A stretch of 63,366 nucleotides of DNA, filler included, from Octopus bimaculoides (lineage: Eukaryota), in assembly GCF_001194135.2 (NCBI RefSeq). It is 6 parts of 4 records of this genome, joined end to end, with 100 filler letters (N's around TTAATTAATTAA, not from the genome) between each part and the next. Parts side by side here need not be neighbours in the genome. Positions count along the whole stretch, not along the records: positions 1 to 12,187 come from NC_068987.1; positions 12,288 to 28,714 come from NC_068993.1; 4 more parts are not named here. One strand, written 5' to 3'. Below, one piece after another: positions 1 to 12,419 of the stretch; position 1 is the first letter of the stretch; each line of letters opens with the position of its first letter. A model generated the notes under the pieces. It made no database searches, had not been told where the DNA came from, and was given only the letters and a program-made list of their open reading frames with translations. A program made the translations under genes and the position numbers.

Positions 1-133
1 AGCTTACCAACCACATGGTTCCGAGTTCAGTCCCACTGCGTGGCATCTTGGGCAAGTGTCTTCTACTATAGCCTCGGGCCGACCAAAGCCTTGTGAGTGG
101 ATTTGGTAGACGGAAACTGAAAGAAGCCCGTCG
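1..133 (+). mobile_element. SINE type A head (tRNA-like/CORE-like), cut by window start
   Basis: CCACATGGTTCCGAGTTCAGTCCCACTGCGTGGCATCTTGGGCAAGTGTCTTCTACTATAGCC...AAGAAGCCCGTCG then (TA)n; recurs many times in the window. Confidence 0.85.
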
Positions 134-156
134 TATATATATGTATATATATATAT

Positions 157-420
157 AATACAAATAATAAATGAGTATATGCATATATACGTACATGTAT
201 GTACATACTTACATCTACCTGTATATATAGATGCATATCTGGGTACAGGACATTGCAAACAAAGCGTAGACAAAATGATAAACGAGTACAGAAAACACAC
301 AGGCCACATAGAGAACATCTCATTCATCAGCTGCCCCCGTTCTAACACAGGCGTTTCGAAGAGTTAGGGCAGGACGCGTCGTTAAAATGGCTCTTCCCAC
401 GGATCACAAAATAAATTTAA
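157..420. repeat. PLE-associated terminal repeat fragment
   Basis: 157-270 is homologous to the inverted repeats at 48005-48118 and 48727-48846 that flank a PLE RT fragment. Confidence 0.5.
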
Positions 421-1201
421 ATTAAATTTAATTCAAATTAAATTTGTAACGTAGAGGAATGTAGTGGCGGACAAAACAAAACAGGAAAAGGAAACAGTGA
501 GAACAAACAAGAAGGCTAAGCACTTAAGCAGCGATGCTGATTGACAGGTGATCCAAGGGACCGATCTCGTTCATTGCACACCCTCCTCCTGGTTGGAAGG
601 CTTGTACCACCAGACAGCTAGTCGGCTCTGGCTGTTGGAACTGAAACTAGCACGACGCTGCTGGGAGGTTGGTTTATAACGGCAGGACCAAAAGTACGCG
701 TCATTCCCCTCCATTGGTCAGTTGAAGCTTAGATAGTGTCACGTGACAGCTAGTTGGTGCTGACTGCTGAAGCCTATCGGCGAGTATTTAGAGGGAGATT
801 TAGCAGGAGGATTAATCTCCTACTGACATTCGTTGACGTTTCATCGAAAAACCAAAGAACAAAAGAAGGGTGGTGGGGGGAAAAGGAGAAAGCAAAAACA
901 AACGCACCCAATACCAGAAATGAAGATGCCTCCCGAAGGTGAGGCCCCCGCCACGTCGAAAACAGTAGAGGAGTAGGGACCGAAAACGGACGTGGTTCCT
1001 CCTGACGATGTCTTTAGCCACTGGATGCTATAAAAGAGCTGTTGAGGTAGCGAACCGCGAGACATGGTTGGAATTCCTTCAATATATATACACACATACA
1101 TACATTATTACGCATACATATACATAGATATATGTATACACTCACACACATAACATACATACATTCACACATGTATGTATGTATGTATGTATGTATGTAT
1201 G

Positions 1202-1252
<51 letters not shown>

Positions 1253-1330
1253 CTATCTATGCGTGTGTATACCCACAAAACTTTACTTTGATCAATCCTG
1301 TCAGCATCACAGCGTTCTATGCTTCAATAC

Positions 1331-1382
1331 TGAAACCGAGGGTATCTGAAACCGAGGGTATCTGAAACCGAGGGTATCTGAA
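1331..1382 (+). repeat. 16-bp tandem repeat x3
   Basis: (TGAAACCGAGGGTATC)3. Confidence 0.95.
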
Positions 1383-1536
1383 TCACACAGGCAGACGGAG
1401 ATATACAGGCAGACGGAGACAGACAGACAGATAGATTCAGACGATAGTATTTTATTCCAATTATTAAAAAACATTTTTGTTAATTTAATGTACAATAACA
1501 AATGTTCTCAAAACCAATCTTCATTTTTATTTTCAG

Positions 1537-1587
1537 ACAACTGAACCGTGACCAGTCGTTGGCACTGCTGCAATCCATGAAGATCAC
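1537..1587 (+). CDS. weak candidate internal exon (QLNRDQSLALLQSMKI)
   Basis: Strong acceptor TTCATTTTTATTTTCAG and an open frame, but only a weak donor (GTGTAT). Confidence 0.25.
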
Positions 1588-1784
1588 GTGTATATTCATG
1601 TGTAAAAACAAATAAACTTCTTGTTGCTTTAAGCAACTACGTTTCATGTTTTTGTTTGTTTTTATGCGTAACTTTTTCACATCTTATTTCTTTCTTTTAA
1701 TCTGTGATTAGTATGTCTTTATCCGTCATTGTTGTTGTATTTGCTGTTGTTACTGTAGATGTCATCTAATCCCAGGTCAGTTAT

Positions 1785-1925
1785 GACTAAGCAACCATAC
1801 TCTGGGATATGCCAATACACACAGATAGAGAAATTAAGGCAAATAGACCAGATATAGTTGTCAAAGATCATGAAGAAAAAAATGCTTTCTAATTGATGTA
1901 TCAATACCAGCAGATGACAACGTAA
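1785..1925 (+). mobile_element. RLE-type LINE (R4/Dong-like) endonuclease fragment
   Basis: Translates to ATILWDMPIHTDREIKANRPDIVVKDHEEK then CFLIDVSIPADDN after a frameshift (PD-(D/E)xK). Confidence 0.85.
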
Positions 1926-2122
1926 ATTCCGTAAATTCCCCAAGTATATATTATAATGCACTGGATAATATAATACAAAACAAAATTAGATAGGAAAACA
2001 TTAGTCAACAATACATGTATAGTACACAGAATTTCTCAAAAATAAAGGATTTCTGATGAAAACACAACTCAGTAACACGACGAAAAGCTAAAATACATTC
2101 GCATACACTATGCACTAGCTAT

Positions 2123-2445
2123 GTGAAGGCGCGTGGCTTGGCGGTTGTGGTATTCGGTTCACAATCGTAAGATGGTAAGTTCGATTCCCGATGGCGCGTA
2201 ATGTCCTTAAGCAAGACACTATATTACACGTTACTCCAGTTCACTCAGCTGGCAAAAATGAGTAGTGCCTGTAATTCAAAGAAGCAGTCTTGTCACATTC
2301 TGTGTCACGTTGAATCTCCCTGAGGACTATGTTAAGTGTACTTGTGTCTGTGGAATGCTCAACCGCTTGTACGTTAATTTCACGAGGTGGCTGTTCCGTT
2401 GATCGGATCAGCTAGAACCCTCGTCATCGTAACCGACGGAGGGCC
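2123..2445 (+). mobile_element. tRNA-derived SINE, CORE-like middle with type C tail
   Basis: A/B-box-like head, CCTTAAGCAAGACAC...CTCCAGTTCACTCAGCTG core, tail GTTGATCGGATCAGCTAGAACCCTCGTC shared with 31380 and 37615. Confidence 0.8.
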
Positions 2446-2489
2446 AGTTAGTTTATACTAGTCATGAACAACTAGATAGGATTTTTAAT

Positions 2490-2805
2490 TGCTGCACAAG
2501 ACCAGAGCCTCCCCACCAGAAATTACCAAAAACACATAATGAAAAGAAATATAACAAGTAACTGTAGAATATGTGGAGATGGACAAGAAACAATAAATCA
2601 TATTATCTCTGGCTGCCCAGTCCTGGCTAAGAAGGAATATATTCACAGACACGACAGAGCTGGGACCTATATACACTGGAAGCTATGCCAACACTATGGA
2701 ATAACAACAGAAAAAAGATGGTATAAACACACGCCAGAAAAGGTCACAGAAAACGAGAAAGCAACCATACTCTGGGATATGCCAATACACACAGATAGAG
2801 AAATT
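2490..2805 (+). mobile_element. RLE-type LINE (R4/Dong-like) CCHC-finger/RHD fragment, runs into gap
   Basis: CRICGDGQETINHIISGC...RHD...IHWKLC...WYKHTP...ILWDMPIHTDREI. Confidence 0.9.
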
Positions 2806-3332
2806 NNNNNNNNNNNNNNNNNNNNNNNNNNNNNNNNNNNNNNNNNNNNNNNNNNNNNNNNNNNNNNNNNNNNNNNNNNNNNNNNNNNNNNNNNNNNNNN
2901 NNNNNNNNNNNNNNNNNNNNNNNNNNNNNNNNNNNNNNNNNNNNNNNNNNNNNNNNNNNNNNNNNNNNNNNNNNNNNNNNNNNNNNNNNNNNNNNNNNNN
3001 NNNNNNNNNNNNNNNNNNNNNNNNNNNNNNNNNNNNNNNNNNNNNNNNNNNNNNNNNNNNNNNNNNNNNNNNNNNNNNNNNNNNNNNNNNNNNNNNNNNN
3101 NNNNNNNNNNNNNNNNNNNNNNNNNNNNNNNNNNNNNNNNNNNNNNNNNNNNNNNNNNNNNNNNNNNNNNNNNNNNNNNNNNNNNNNNNNNNNNNNNNNN
3201 NNNNNNNNNNNNNNNNNNNNNNNNNNNNNNNNNNNNNNNNNNNNNNNNNNNNNNNNNNNNNNNNNNNNNNNNNNNNNNNNNNNNNNNNNNNNNNNNNNNN
3301 NNNNNNNNNNNNNNNNNNNNNNNNNNNNNNNN

Positions 3333-3770
3333 GGGTAAGTCGATTACATATCATCAACCACGAAAGAATGAAAGGCAAAGTCGACATCTTAACTGGTGCT
3401 TCATTTTATCAACTCTGAGACTGAAAGGCAAATTCAAATCTCAACGGGATTTGGAGTTAGATTGTTAAAACTTGAAGGATTTTAACTAATGGATATATAG
3501 AGAGACAAGATTGACCCCCATCCTTACACATTTTTTCCTCTCCGTTAGATATTGTGCTAACCACCAACAAACACTACACCGGTGTCTACCATTAGCTCAA
3601 AGTCACAAAGTTTTGGAAGAGGACACGCTCGGAAAAATATCTACACTAGAAAAAGGATTAGAATTGTATTTCATTAGCCACAGAAGAACAAAGTTGAATT
3701 TCAGCGGGATTTGAACTCAGAATGAAAAGATCGCTTTATATTTTGTCCTACGCTGCAGTGATTCTTCCGT
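3333..3770 (-). mobile_element. two degraded Meta/MESC-domain SINE fragments (type B)
   Basis: GAATGAAAGGCAAAGTCGAC and GGGATTTGAACTCAGAA motifs at 3333-3452 and 3665-3770. Confidence 0.6.
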
Positions 3771-3791
3771 TCTGTCAAATTGTCATAGCTC

Positions 3792-4130
3792 TTTATTTGT
3801 TTCATTCATTGGATTGTGACCAGAAGGGTGTTTAGACGAACAAATCGACCCCAGAACTTTTTTAAAACCTGTCACTTATTCTATCGGTCTCTATTGCGAA
3901 ATCACTAGTTTACAGGGTCGTAAACAAACCAACACTGGTTTCAGACAGTGCGGCAGGGGACAACATTAAATACGTACGTACATACATACATACCTATCTA
4001 CCTGTCTATAAGCCTTGTGAGTGGATTTGGTAGACGTGTGTGTGTGTTTGTTTGTTTATTCCCCACTACTGCCTAATAACTGGTGTTGGCTCGTTTGTTT
4101 ACGTCCCTGTAACTTAACGGTTTTAGCAAG
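3792..4130. mobile_element. degraded type A SINE pieces, minus-strand tail then plus-strand piece
   Basis: CAAATCGACCCCAG...CTTATTCTATCGGTCTC; GCCTTGTGAGTGGATTTGGTAGACG. Confidence 0.65.
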
Positions 4131-4139
4131 ATATAGCCC

Positions 4140-4575
4140 CCCACCCCATATCATCACAGATCCTCTTCCATGTTTAACAGTTGGAAGAAGGTAGTCTGGG
4201 TCAAATGCTTCTTTTGGCTGTCTCCACACTCGGAGACACTCTCGTATACTCGACCGGTGGTGGGAAATAAGGTAAAGGATGACTCGTCCGATAAAATAAC
4301 ATTCTTCCACTGCTCTAGGGACCAATTCTGTAGGTTTTTACTCCACTCTAATTGCTTTGCAACGTTTGCTTGTGAAAGTAGTGGTTTTCTGATTGCAGCC
4401 CTCCCGTGAAATCCGGCTTTGTTCAGCTCCCGGTGAACAGTTTTTGTGGAAACTGGGTTCTCGAGGTGGTCATTAAGCTCTGCAGTAATTTTGGGAGCTG
4501 TACTTTTGTGATCCTTTCTAACAATTCGCGTAAGAGTCCAACGGTCCCTATCTGAAAGTTTTGGGGGGTTTTTCT
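4140..4575 (-). mobile_element. Tc1-like transposase fragment (frameshifted)
   Basis: HTH region STKTVHRELNKAGFHGRAAIRKPLL, first catalytic Asp in VILSDES, then WRQPKEAFDPDYLLPTVKHGRGSVMIWG in another frame. Confidence 0.9.
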
Positions 4576-5238
4576 GAGTTTCCATACATACATACGTGTG
4601 CGCGCGCGCACACACAAACACGTATGTATATATCTATAGTCAATTTGAGGAAGTTAGATCCACGTTAGGGATTTTATAATCCAAAAAATTCCACTGGTTA
4701 ATCACTATCATATAATGAGAAAGTCTTGGCGATTTGTTAGGAATTATTGTAGTAATATATATTATTAATATTGAAAGAAAGAAAATGGAGAAAGATGGAT
4801 GTATGAATAATTTATTTATATGATATAAAGATGTTGCAATTAAAAAAAATAACAGTACAAATAAATTATAAGTTGTAAAGCTCAAAAAACCTACATATAT
4901 GTTTCAGTTCTAGCCCCTCGTTGATATGCATTCTAAGTATTTGGTTATATGCTAAGAATGGTATCATTTTTAACTACTTCGGGCAGAGCTTCTTCGGGGT
5001 TATTATGAGCTTGTAGTATTAAGGTTAACATTTTTCTCGGAAGGATGCATACAGAATAGACTATCCTTGGAAGGATGCATACAGAATAAACTATTTTGTA
5101 TGCATCATTTCAACATCTTTATATCATGCAAATAAATTATTCATACATCCATCTTTCTCCATTTTCTTTCTTTATATATATGTGTGGGTGTGCGCGCACG
5201 CGCGCATATATACATACATATATACATGCAATATACGC

Positions 5239-5296
<58 letters not shown>

Positions 5297-5759
5297 GTAA
5301 TAAAAATCAAATGTTCACATTGCTTAAATAAATGGAGTTGCATGAAACGATCGTACTGCATTAACTTTGGATATCCTTGTTGCTTATTTTGATTTTAATC
5401 ACCTTATTTTGGAATTGTATGGATANNNNNNNNNNGTGAATCTAGATAGGTAGGTAGGTAGGTAGGTAGGTAGGTAGGTAGGTAGGTAGGTAAGTAGGTA
5501 GGTAGGTAGGTAGGTAGGTAGGTAGGTAGGTAGGTAGGTAGGTAGGTAGGTAGATAGATAGAGAGAGAGAGAGAGAGAGAAATTTAATAACAGTTTGATT
5601 CAATTACTGTCTGTAGAAAAGTGAAATATTTGAGACAAATTCAACGCGGCCTCTAGATGGTCAGCTCAGCTGCTAGTGTCGTAGGGAACAGAGCTATCAT
5701 CGTAACATCCGATGACATCACAAATACTACACTAGCATTACAACCAATGTTGTAATTAG

Positions 5760-6800
5760 CCATTGGAATTTTGTAACAGAAATGTCAGCAGATGTAGAGG
5801 TGACATAAACTAAAGCACAAACACGTAGTTGCCTTGTGTTATAAATATTTTTCCCATTGAAATATTTATGACATAAGAGACGATCGATCCAGTTTATGTT
5901 ATCAGTGTGTGTTGACTAGGTGTTTGTAAACTTTTCAATGTCAGGAACTAAGGTAGCAATTACTTTCGCCAGCTCTTTCGTACCCGTGAGTGGGGAGTAG
6001 AACCCAATGCCTTTTTGTAGTCAAGCCAGACAATCACAAGGTTTCTTCTAGTTTTTCTTACTTTGAATAGCACAGCTTTATTTATCAAAGGTTTTTCAAT
6101 ACATCCCTAGTTTTGTATGTCATCCTGGCTTTCCAGGGTCCTCTGAAATATATGTATAAGTAGTTTTCTTGTAATTTTATGTTTAATTCACAAGTTTACA
6201 TTAGTATATTTAGCTGATGCCGATCGTAGGACATAACCATTGGATTTTCGTAACAGGAATGATGCTAAATGTAGAGATAACATAAACTGAAGCCCAGAAA
6301 TAGTGTTACTTGGCGTTATAAATATATTTCCCATTGAAATATTTATAACAGAGACAATCGAACTTTTTTGTAATTAAGACATACAGTCATAAGGTTTCTA
6401 CCGGGTTTTCTTACTTTGAACTGCATAGTTTTATTTACGAAAGCTTTTTGATGCATCCCTTGTTTTGTATACCTTCCAGAATCTTTTGAAATCTATGTGT
6501 AAGTAGTTTTCTATAAATATTAACGTCAGTAAACAATTGCAGACTTCTACATTTTATAAGTATGAAACCTGTAGTCATATTCTGTGTCGTAAACTTGAGT
6601 TGGTGGAGGTTCCACAAATTCCTTTTGCAACTTTCTTCTGAGATTATCATATCCTCATCAAACAAACATTCTCTGTGGATCGCAAGCGATTCAACCACAT
6701 CATATTCAACGTCTTTACACATTACAATATATGTCACTATCATAGTATCTTGCTGACTTATCGGAACATATAGATATAGTCAGGCCATTTCTTCTTCCAA
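5760..6800 (-). mobile_element. decayed RLE-type LINE RT region with internal tandem duplication
   Basis: KTRRNLVIVWLDYKKALGSTPHS resembles RT motif 3 (WxDYxKAFDSVPH); 5758-6175 and 6236-6510 are diverged copies. Confidence 0.65.
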
Positions 6801-7341
6801 GCACCATGCAGAGTTGAGATTTGTTCCCATGACTCGCCCATAAAGTTTTGTTAAATTTTTGTACGACTCCGTTCTACAAAAATATATCATCATATATAAG
6901 TACTAGACTATTCTTAAAATAAACACTGAGCGGGGAGGGGGTCAATTTGCTCGACTAAATTCTTCAAGGCAGCGGCCTAGCATTACCACAAGTGCAGTAA
7001 CTAGAACACGTAGCAGAATAACAGAACAAAAGAATAACATTGATTCCAGAAACTGCTGGTGTTTTCTTTATGAAATTTATGACCTGTTGCTGTCTTCGAA
7101 GTCAGTGTTATCACTAGTGGAAGATATTTATTTAAAACCCTTCTGTGGTTTAAGAGAGTTCGGTTAGTGTGTAATATATCTTTCTTGTCATTTGGATTTG
7201 ATGTTATAAAACAAATTTGTTTGTCTGAGATTTAGTGTCAGACAACGTCACAGCAGCAGTAAATCTAACACTAAAATGAAACGTGCTTTCTCTCTTCTAC
7301 CACTCTCCCCACCTCTCTCTTTCATATATATATATATATAT

Positions 7342-8120
7342 ATTCTTTATTAAAAAGCAACAAATATATCACAAAAACTGTTACTCAGAGTTTCACGTTC
7401 CTGTTCGTCGGATAGTTTTGTTTAGAATGGAACAAAAATAAGGCTATAAGCAAAAATATACAACTAGTTTGATAGATATACATTTGAAAATGGTTTTATT
7501 TCATTTGTCCTTTCGACTCACGGTCTTTTCAATGACCGGTTGCATGCAATAACAAATTGCAGTATAAAATCATCTTATTATAAAAATCGAAGAAAACCTT
7601 AAATCAAAAATAGATTATAGAGGACAGAGCCTGGATACCCAGGGTAAATAATTAGCTGTAAAACATTAATCAATTAATGAATTAAAAGTTATATTCGTTT
7701 AAAATTTTTTTCATGCTATTGGCTGGGTAGGGGAAGACTCAAAATCATGATGTTAATTACCAGTTAAAGGGGCAAGACGCTAATAAAACCTAGAATGTTA
7801 ATACAGAGGAAATTTTATCTTGTGGCACTATGGGTGATTGTTTATAAAGAATATTGTTATGTTGTATAAAAAATAAAATTAAAGATTATCAAAAATGATA
7901 TCATAACCAAAATAGGTCAAATATGTGTATATATCAATTATCAATATTAAAAAAGAAAAATTACATAGAATCAGTTTAATATTCATTTATGTACTTAATT
8001 AATTACTTATTAGGTGGTTTCTATAAAGACGACTCAGGGCATTTACTAATGGAATACTGGAAAGATAAACATGCTAACATGTATTAATTATAAGCCAAAA
8101 ATCAAAAAGAATAAAGATGC
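7342..8120 (-). mobile_element. (TA)n-flanked PLE-type element carrying a hammerhead-like motif; right boundary approximate
   Basis: Starts directly after (TA)n; hammerhead fold at 7375-7418. Confidence 0.45.
7375..7418 (-). ncRNA. candidate minimal type I hammerhead ribozyme (U4C core variant)
   Basis: AAACUAU-CCGACGA-AC-AGGAAC-GU-GAAA-CUC-U-GAG-UA-ACAGUUU; stem I 6/7 bp. Confidence 0.55.
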
Positions 8121-8174
8121 GTACAGATACACACATATTTATATATATGCACACATGCACACATAGACATACAC

Positions 8175-8440
8175 AAATATTTATACGTTTACATGGATAT
8201 AGTATAACCATCTCGCATAGACTTAAGTAACTGAAAAGTATCTACTTACGAACAAGAAAAATAACAATATATAAGGAATAAGAGGTTAATAGGTTATGCA
8301 CATATATGCATATATACACATATACAAATATTTATACGTCTATATGGATTTAGTATAACAATCTCGCATAGACCTAAGTAGCGGAAAAATCTCTATTTAA
8401 GAAGAGTAACAACTAATAAGGGATAAGGATATCAAAATAA
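8175..8440 (+). repeat. diverged ~150-bp tandem duplication
   Basis: CAAATATTTATACGT...GTATAAC(C/A)ATCTCGCATAGAC occurs twice. Confidence 0.7.
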
Positions 8441-9094
8441 GAAAACAAAATAAGGCGTAGGAGTGGCTGTGNNNNNNNNNNNNNNNNNNNNNNNNNNNNN
8501 NNNNNNNNNNNNNNNNNNNNNNNNNNNNNNNNNNNNNNNNNNNNNNNNNNNNNNNNNNNNNNNNNNNNNNNTGTGCTATTTGAGTGCTCTTGTTTATTAC
8601 GGCTTCCAGTATCTTTTGGCTGGCCCTGCCATATGACTGTCTCCGTCAGTGATTTGATGATTCCCATAAACCTTGATTGTTATGGTTTCCAATCTTGTTT
8701 GTTCTTGTTTTTAATGAATGACAGCAATAGATCTTATGGAGTATACTTTTGCTTTTGGGTTTAGTGTATGTATGTGAGTGCGAGCATGTGTGTGCGTGCG
8801 CGCGCGTGCGGTGTGTGAGTGTGTGTGTGCGCGTTTGTGTAAAAGTGAATCCTTGATTCCCCACGTTGTCCCGGTATATATGATCATGCGTTTGTTTTCT
8901 CTATCACATATCTCTATATGAATACACGATTGTATTATGTAACGTTTAAAATGTACGAACATAATTTGTAATGTTGAAATCAATACTGCTGCGTGCAGAT
9001 AACGAAGCAGGAGTAGTCATATAGAAATCATATGGAAATATAAAATTTGTGTTCACCTCTCATACCGCCTAATTATATTCTTACGTTCTTTTAT

Positions 9095-9295
9095 TCTTTT
9101 ACTTGTTTCAGTAATTTGACTGTGGCCATACTGGAGCACCACCTCGAAGGGCTTTAAGTCGAACAAATCGACTCGAGGACTTATTCTTTGTGACCCTAGT
9201 ACTTATTTGATCGGACTCTTGGGCCGAACCTCTAAGTTACGGGAACGTAAACACACCAGCACTGGTTGTCAAGCGGTGATAGTGGGGACAAACAC
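9095..9295 (-). mobile_element. SINE type A tail abutting (GT)n and gap
   Basis: GACTGTGGCCATACTGGAGCACC...GTAAACACACCAGCA. Confidence 0.85.
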
Positions 9296-9302
9296 ACACA
9301 CA

Positions 9303-9356
<54 letters not shown>

Positions 9357-9898
9357 NNNNNNNNNNNNNNNNNNNNNNNNNNNNNNNNNNNNNNNNNNNN
9401 NNNNNNNNNNNNNNNNNNNNNNNNNNNNNNNNNNNNNNNNNNNNNNNNNNNNNNNNNNNNNNNNNNNNNNNNNNNNNNNNNNNNNNNNNNNNNNNNNNNN
9501 NNNNNNNNNNNNNNNNNNNNNNNNNNNNNNNNNNNNNNNNNNNNNNNNNNNNNNNNNNNNNNNNNNNNNNNNNNNNNNNNNNNNNNNNNNNNNNNNNNNN
9601 NNNNNNNNNNNNNNNNNNNNNNNNNNNNNNNNNNNNNNNNNNNNNNNNNNNNNNNNNNNNNNNNNNNNNNNNNNNNNNNNNNNNNNNNNNNNNNNNNNNN
9701 NNNNNNNNNNNNNNNNNNNNNNNNNNNNNNNNNNNNNNNNNNNNNNNNNNNNNNNNNNNNNNNNNNNNNNNNNNNNNNNNNNNNNNNNNNNNNNNNNNNN
9801 NNNNNNNNNNNNNNNNNNNNNNNNNNNNNNNNNNNNNNNNNNNNNNNNNNNNNNNNNNNNNNNNNNNNNNNNNNNNNNNNNNNNNNNAAAAATATGTA

Positions 9899-12139
9899 GG
9901 CAAATTTGTTGTTGAAAATGCACCTTAATTGAAAAACTTGTAATTGTTTTTAAATAAATTTATTTACATATATGCCAAATTAGTTTCAACAATAGCTTAT
10001 TGTTTATCAATAGTAAAAACTTAAAATTATGAATTAGAAAAACATGTTTAAAAGTTTCAATGTTTACAAGTTTGAATAATATGAAATATGCTTTCAATGT
10101 TCGTAACATTTAATGATATAAAAAATGTGAATCATCTTGTTTAAATGCACAAAATTCAATAGTGTTATTAGTGATCGATAAAAAACGTGGATCATCAAAG
10201 TTTCGGTCATACTGAGTTAAGAGGGCGAAAAACAAGGGAGAAATGAAGATAGTTTTTAAAAAGGGTTTTGTTTAAAGTTTCTGTGATACTGTTTCCGTCG
10301 TGTGCAAGAACTTTCGCTTGTACACGGGTTTCCAAATTTTTCTCCGTGAAGGGATCTGATTTTTGATTCACTAAAGTACTAGTGACGTCTTGTTTTTCTG
10401 ATGGTCAAGATTGTCGTTCTGCCTGGTTGGCTTCCCTGTGGAGAACGGTCATCAGCCGTTTCAGTTGGTTGATTTTCTCAAAGGGTCATTTTGTTGTATT
10501 TGCTGAAATTCGGTTTTAATCGGAGGTAAAATTCTATTGGCCTAGAGTTAGGTCACATCAGCAACTGGTACTTGTAAAATTTCATTGGTATAGAGTTAGT
10601 TGACGTCAGCAACTGGTGTTTGTATGCTGTTATTGTATGGTGATTTGGAGTTGCGGTTTCGAAACCAGTGTGGAAGACTGTTGCTAAAATTTTTGAATCA
10701 TGTCTGCTGTATCCGGTTGATTTTTTTTTTTTTTTTTGTAGTGAAACTGGATCTTTTTTCCTTTTTATCTTTAGTGTTTTTACTTCTTTCTAAAAGATAT
10801 TCAGCTGTGGTTTATATTTTTTAATGAGCATGTTTTCCTTATTTAAACGGATTTGGGTTGAAGTGTTTCCGGTGCATTGATAGAGAGGGAAGATTTGGTA
10901 TTTCGGGTTTATGTTTGCGGGGCATTGGTCTAGGTGTTTGCTCACGGGAATTTTCCTGATCCTGGGGTCCTGAGTTTGTTGCCTGTGTACCGTTAGACTG
11001 TCCCACAAGGTCGGTCAAACTAGTTTGACCTATGTAGTCTCCACTACACCCTTACACATTTGAGAACATAGATTAAGTCCTTCAAATCACAGGTGAAGTG
11101 ATTTTTTTTATGGTAAAAGTTTGACCTGACTTAAATTTGTATGTTGAACCCTCTAAGAGGAAGATGCAAGTACCGCAGTTAGAACGGTTGCATTTTTTGA
11201 CGAGTGGGGTTGTATTTTGGTGAGTAATTTGGCGCTGGTGAGTAACTTTTTTTAAGGATTGCAGTTGTCTCTTAAGAGAATAAAGATATTGTTTTGAGTC
11301 CGTTGGTTTGAAGAAGATGTGGGTTTCAATTTCAGTATCTCTTTTTATGATTAAGATGTCCAGGAAGAGTAGTTGTTTGTGGCTGTATTCCTTTGTGACC
11401 CGGATACAGTGGTTAATGCTATTGATTAAGCTTTAAATTTTGAGAGTTGCTCAAGGTTATGTGGCCACAGAATGAAACAGTCATGCAAGTAGCGTTTCCA
11501 GTTTCCAGTAAGTATTTTTGGAAGTTGTCTCCAAATCTCAGTCTAGCGTGCTCGTATATTTGGACTTCCAAGTATGCCATGACAAGGTTGGCAAAAGTAG
11601 GGGCTACCCTCGTTCCCATGGCTGTGCCCAATTTTTGTCTATAAGTGTTCTCGATGAATTCTTTTCCGATTCGGTTAGGGTTGTCTTTTGGGAATTTTTC
11701 GAGCCAGTATTGTATGGCCATTATTCCGTTTTCGCGAGGAATCGAGGCGTAGAGGTTTATTATGTCGAATGAATGCTGGTTTTGTTCGGGAGATGGTTTT
11801 TAAAGTCCAAAACATCCCTTATAAAACTCGGTGTATGTTGGAGAATAAGTTTAAGGAGGACGTCAATAAAGCTACTGAGTCTGTGTGTCTCACACGAGAG
11901 ACTGGCTACAATCGGTCTCATTTTGAGATCTCTCAGGTGTGGAATATTTATCAGTACAGAAGTTGATTTGTTACAGGCTTCGTTTATGGCTTCACTTTTG
12001 TGGATTTTGGGAAGTCCATAAAAGTTACTGGTTTTGTAATCAAATCTAGTCAAGTAATCTCTTTCCTTTTCTGTTAAATCTTGCTGGAACTGATGGATAA
12101 TGGTAGAAATTTAGATGCATTTTCAACAACAAATTTGCC
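9899..12139 (-). mobile_element. Penelope-like element (RT + GIY-YIG, disrupted, 5'-truncated) bracketed by an inverted repeat
   Basis: FYGLPKIHK...MRPIV; QKLGTAMGTRVAPTFANLVM; C-terminal PVSKHLDQC...RLNKENMLIKKYKPQLN; 24-bp inverted repeat at 9899-9922 and 12116-12139. Confidence 0.9.
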
Positions 12140-12419
12140 CATATATATATATATGCACAACAGGTTTTAACGTTCTAGCTCACTTTCNNNNNNNNNNNNN
12201 NNNNNNNNNNNNNNNNNNNNNNNNNNNNNNNTTAATTAATTAANNNNNNNNNNNNNNNNNNNNNNNNNNNNNNNNNNNNNNNNNNNNTATATATATATAT
12301 ATATGTATTGTTAGGTTCTCCTGTCGTGGACGACAGATGACTGCCCAGATGATTTGTTTATAGTGTTATAGTGATTAAATGTTTGTGCTGTGCATTAGCT
12401 CGCTTCCTCCTCCAGCATA

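Noticed and set aside
320-415. CTGATGA and CGAAAC on the minus strand as a hammerhead
   Set aside because: Stems I and III cannot be formed in either arrangement
1331-1382. Short direct repeats resembling a CRISPR array
   Set aside because: No spacers, eukaryotic context, no cas genes
7478-7515. TTGAAAA-GAC/GTC-GAAA on the minus strand (U3-A8-type core); similar motif in the 40311 and 41580 repeats
   Set aside because: No NUH cleavage triplet or stem III follows GAAA
12232-12243. TTAATTAATTAA islands inside N runs (also 28759, 43034, 47604, 61721)
   Set aside because: Identical 12-mer centred in equal-sized N blocks; a scaffolding/gap marker, not biology
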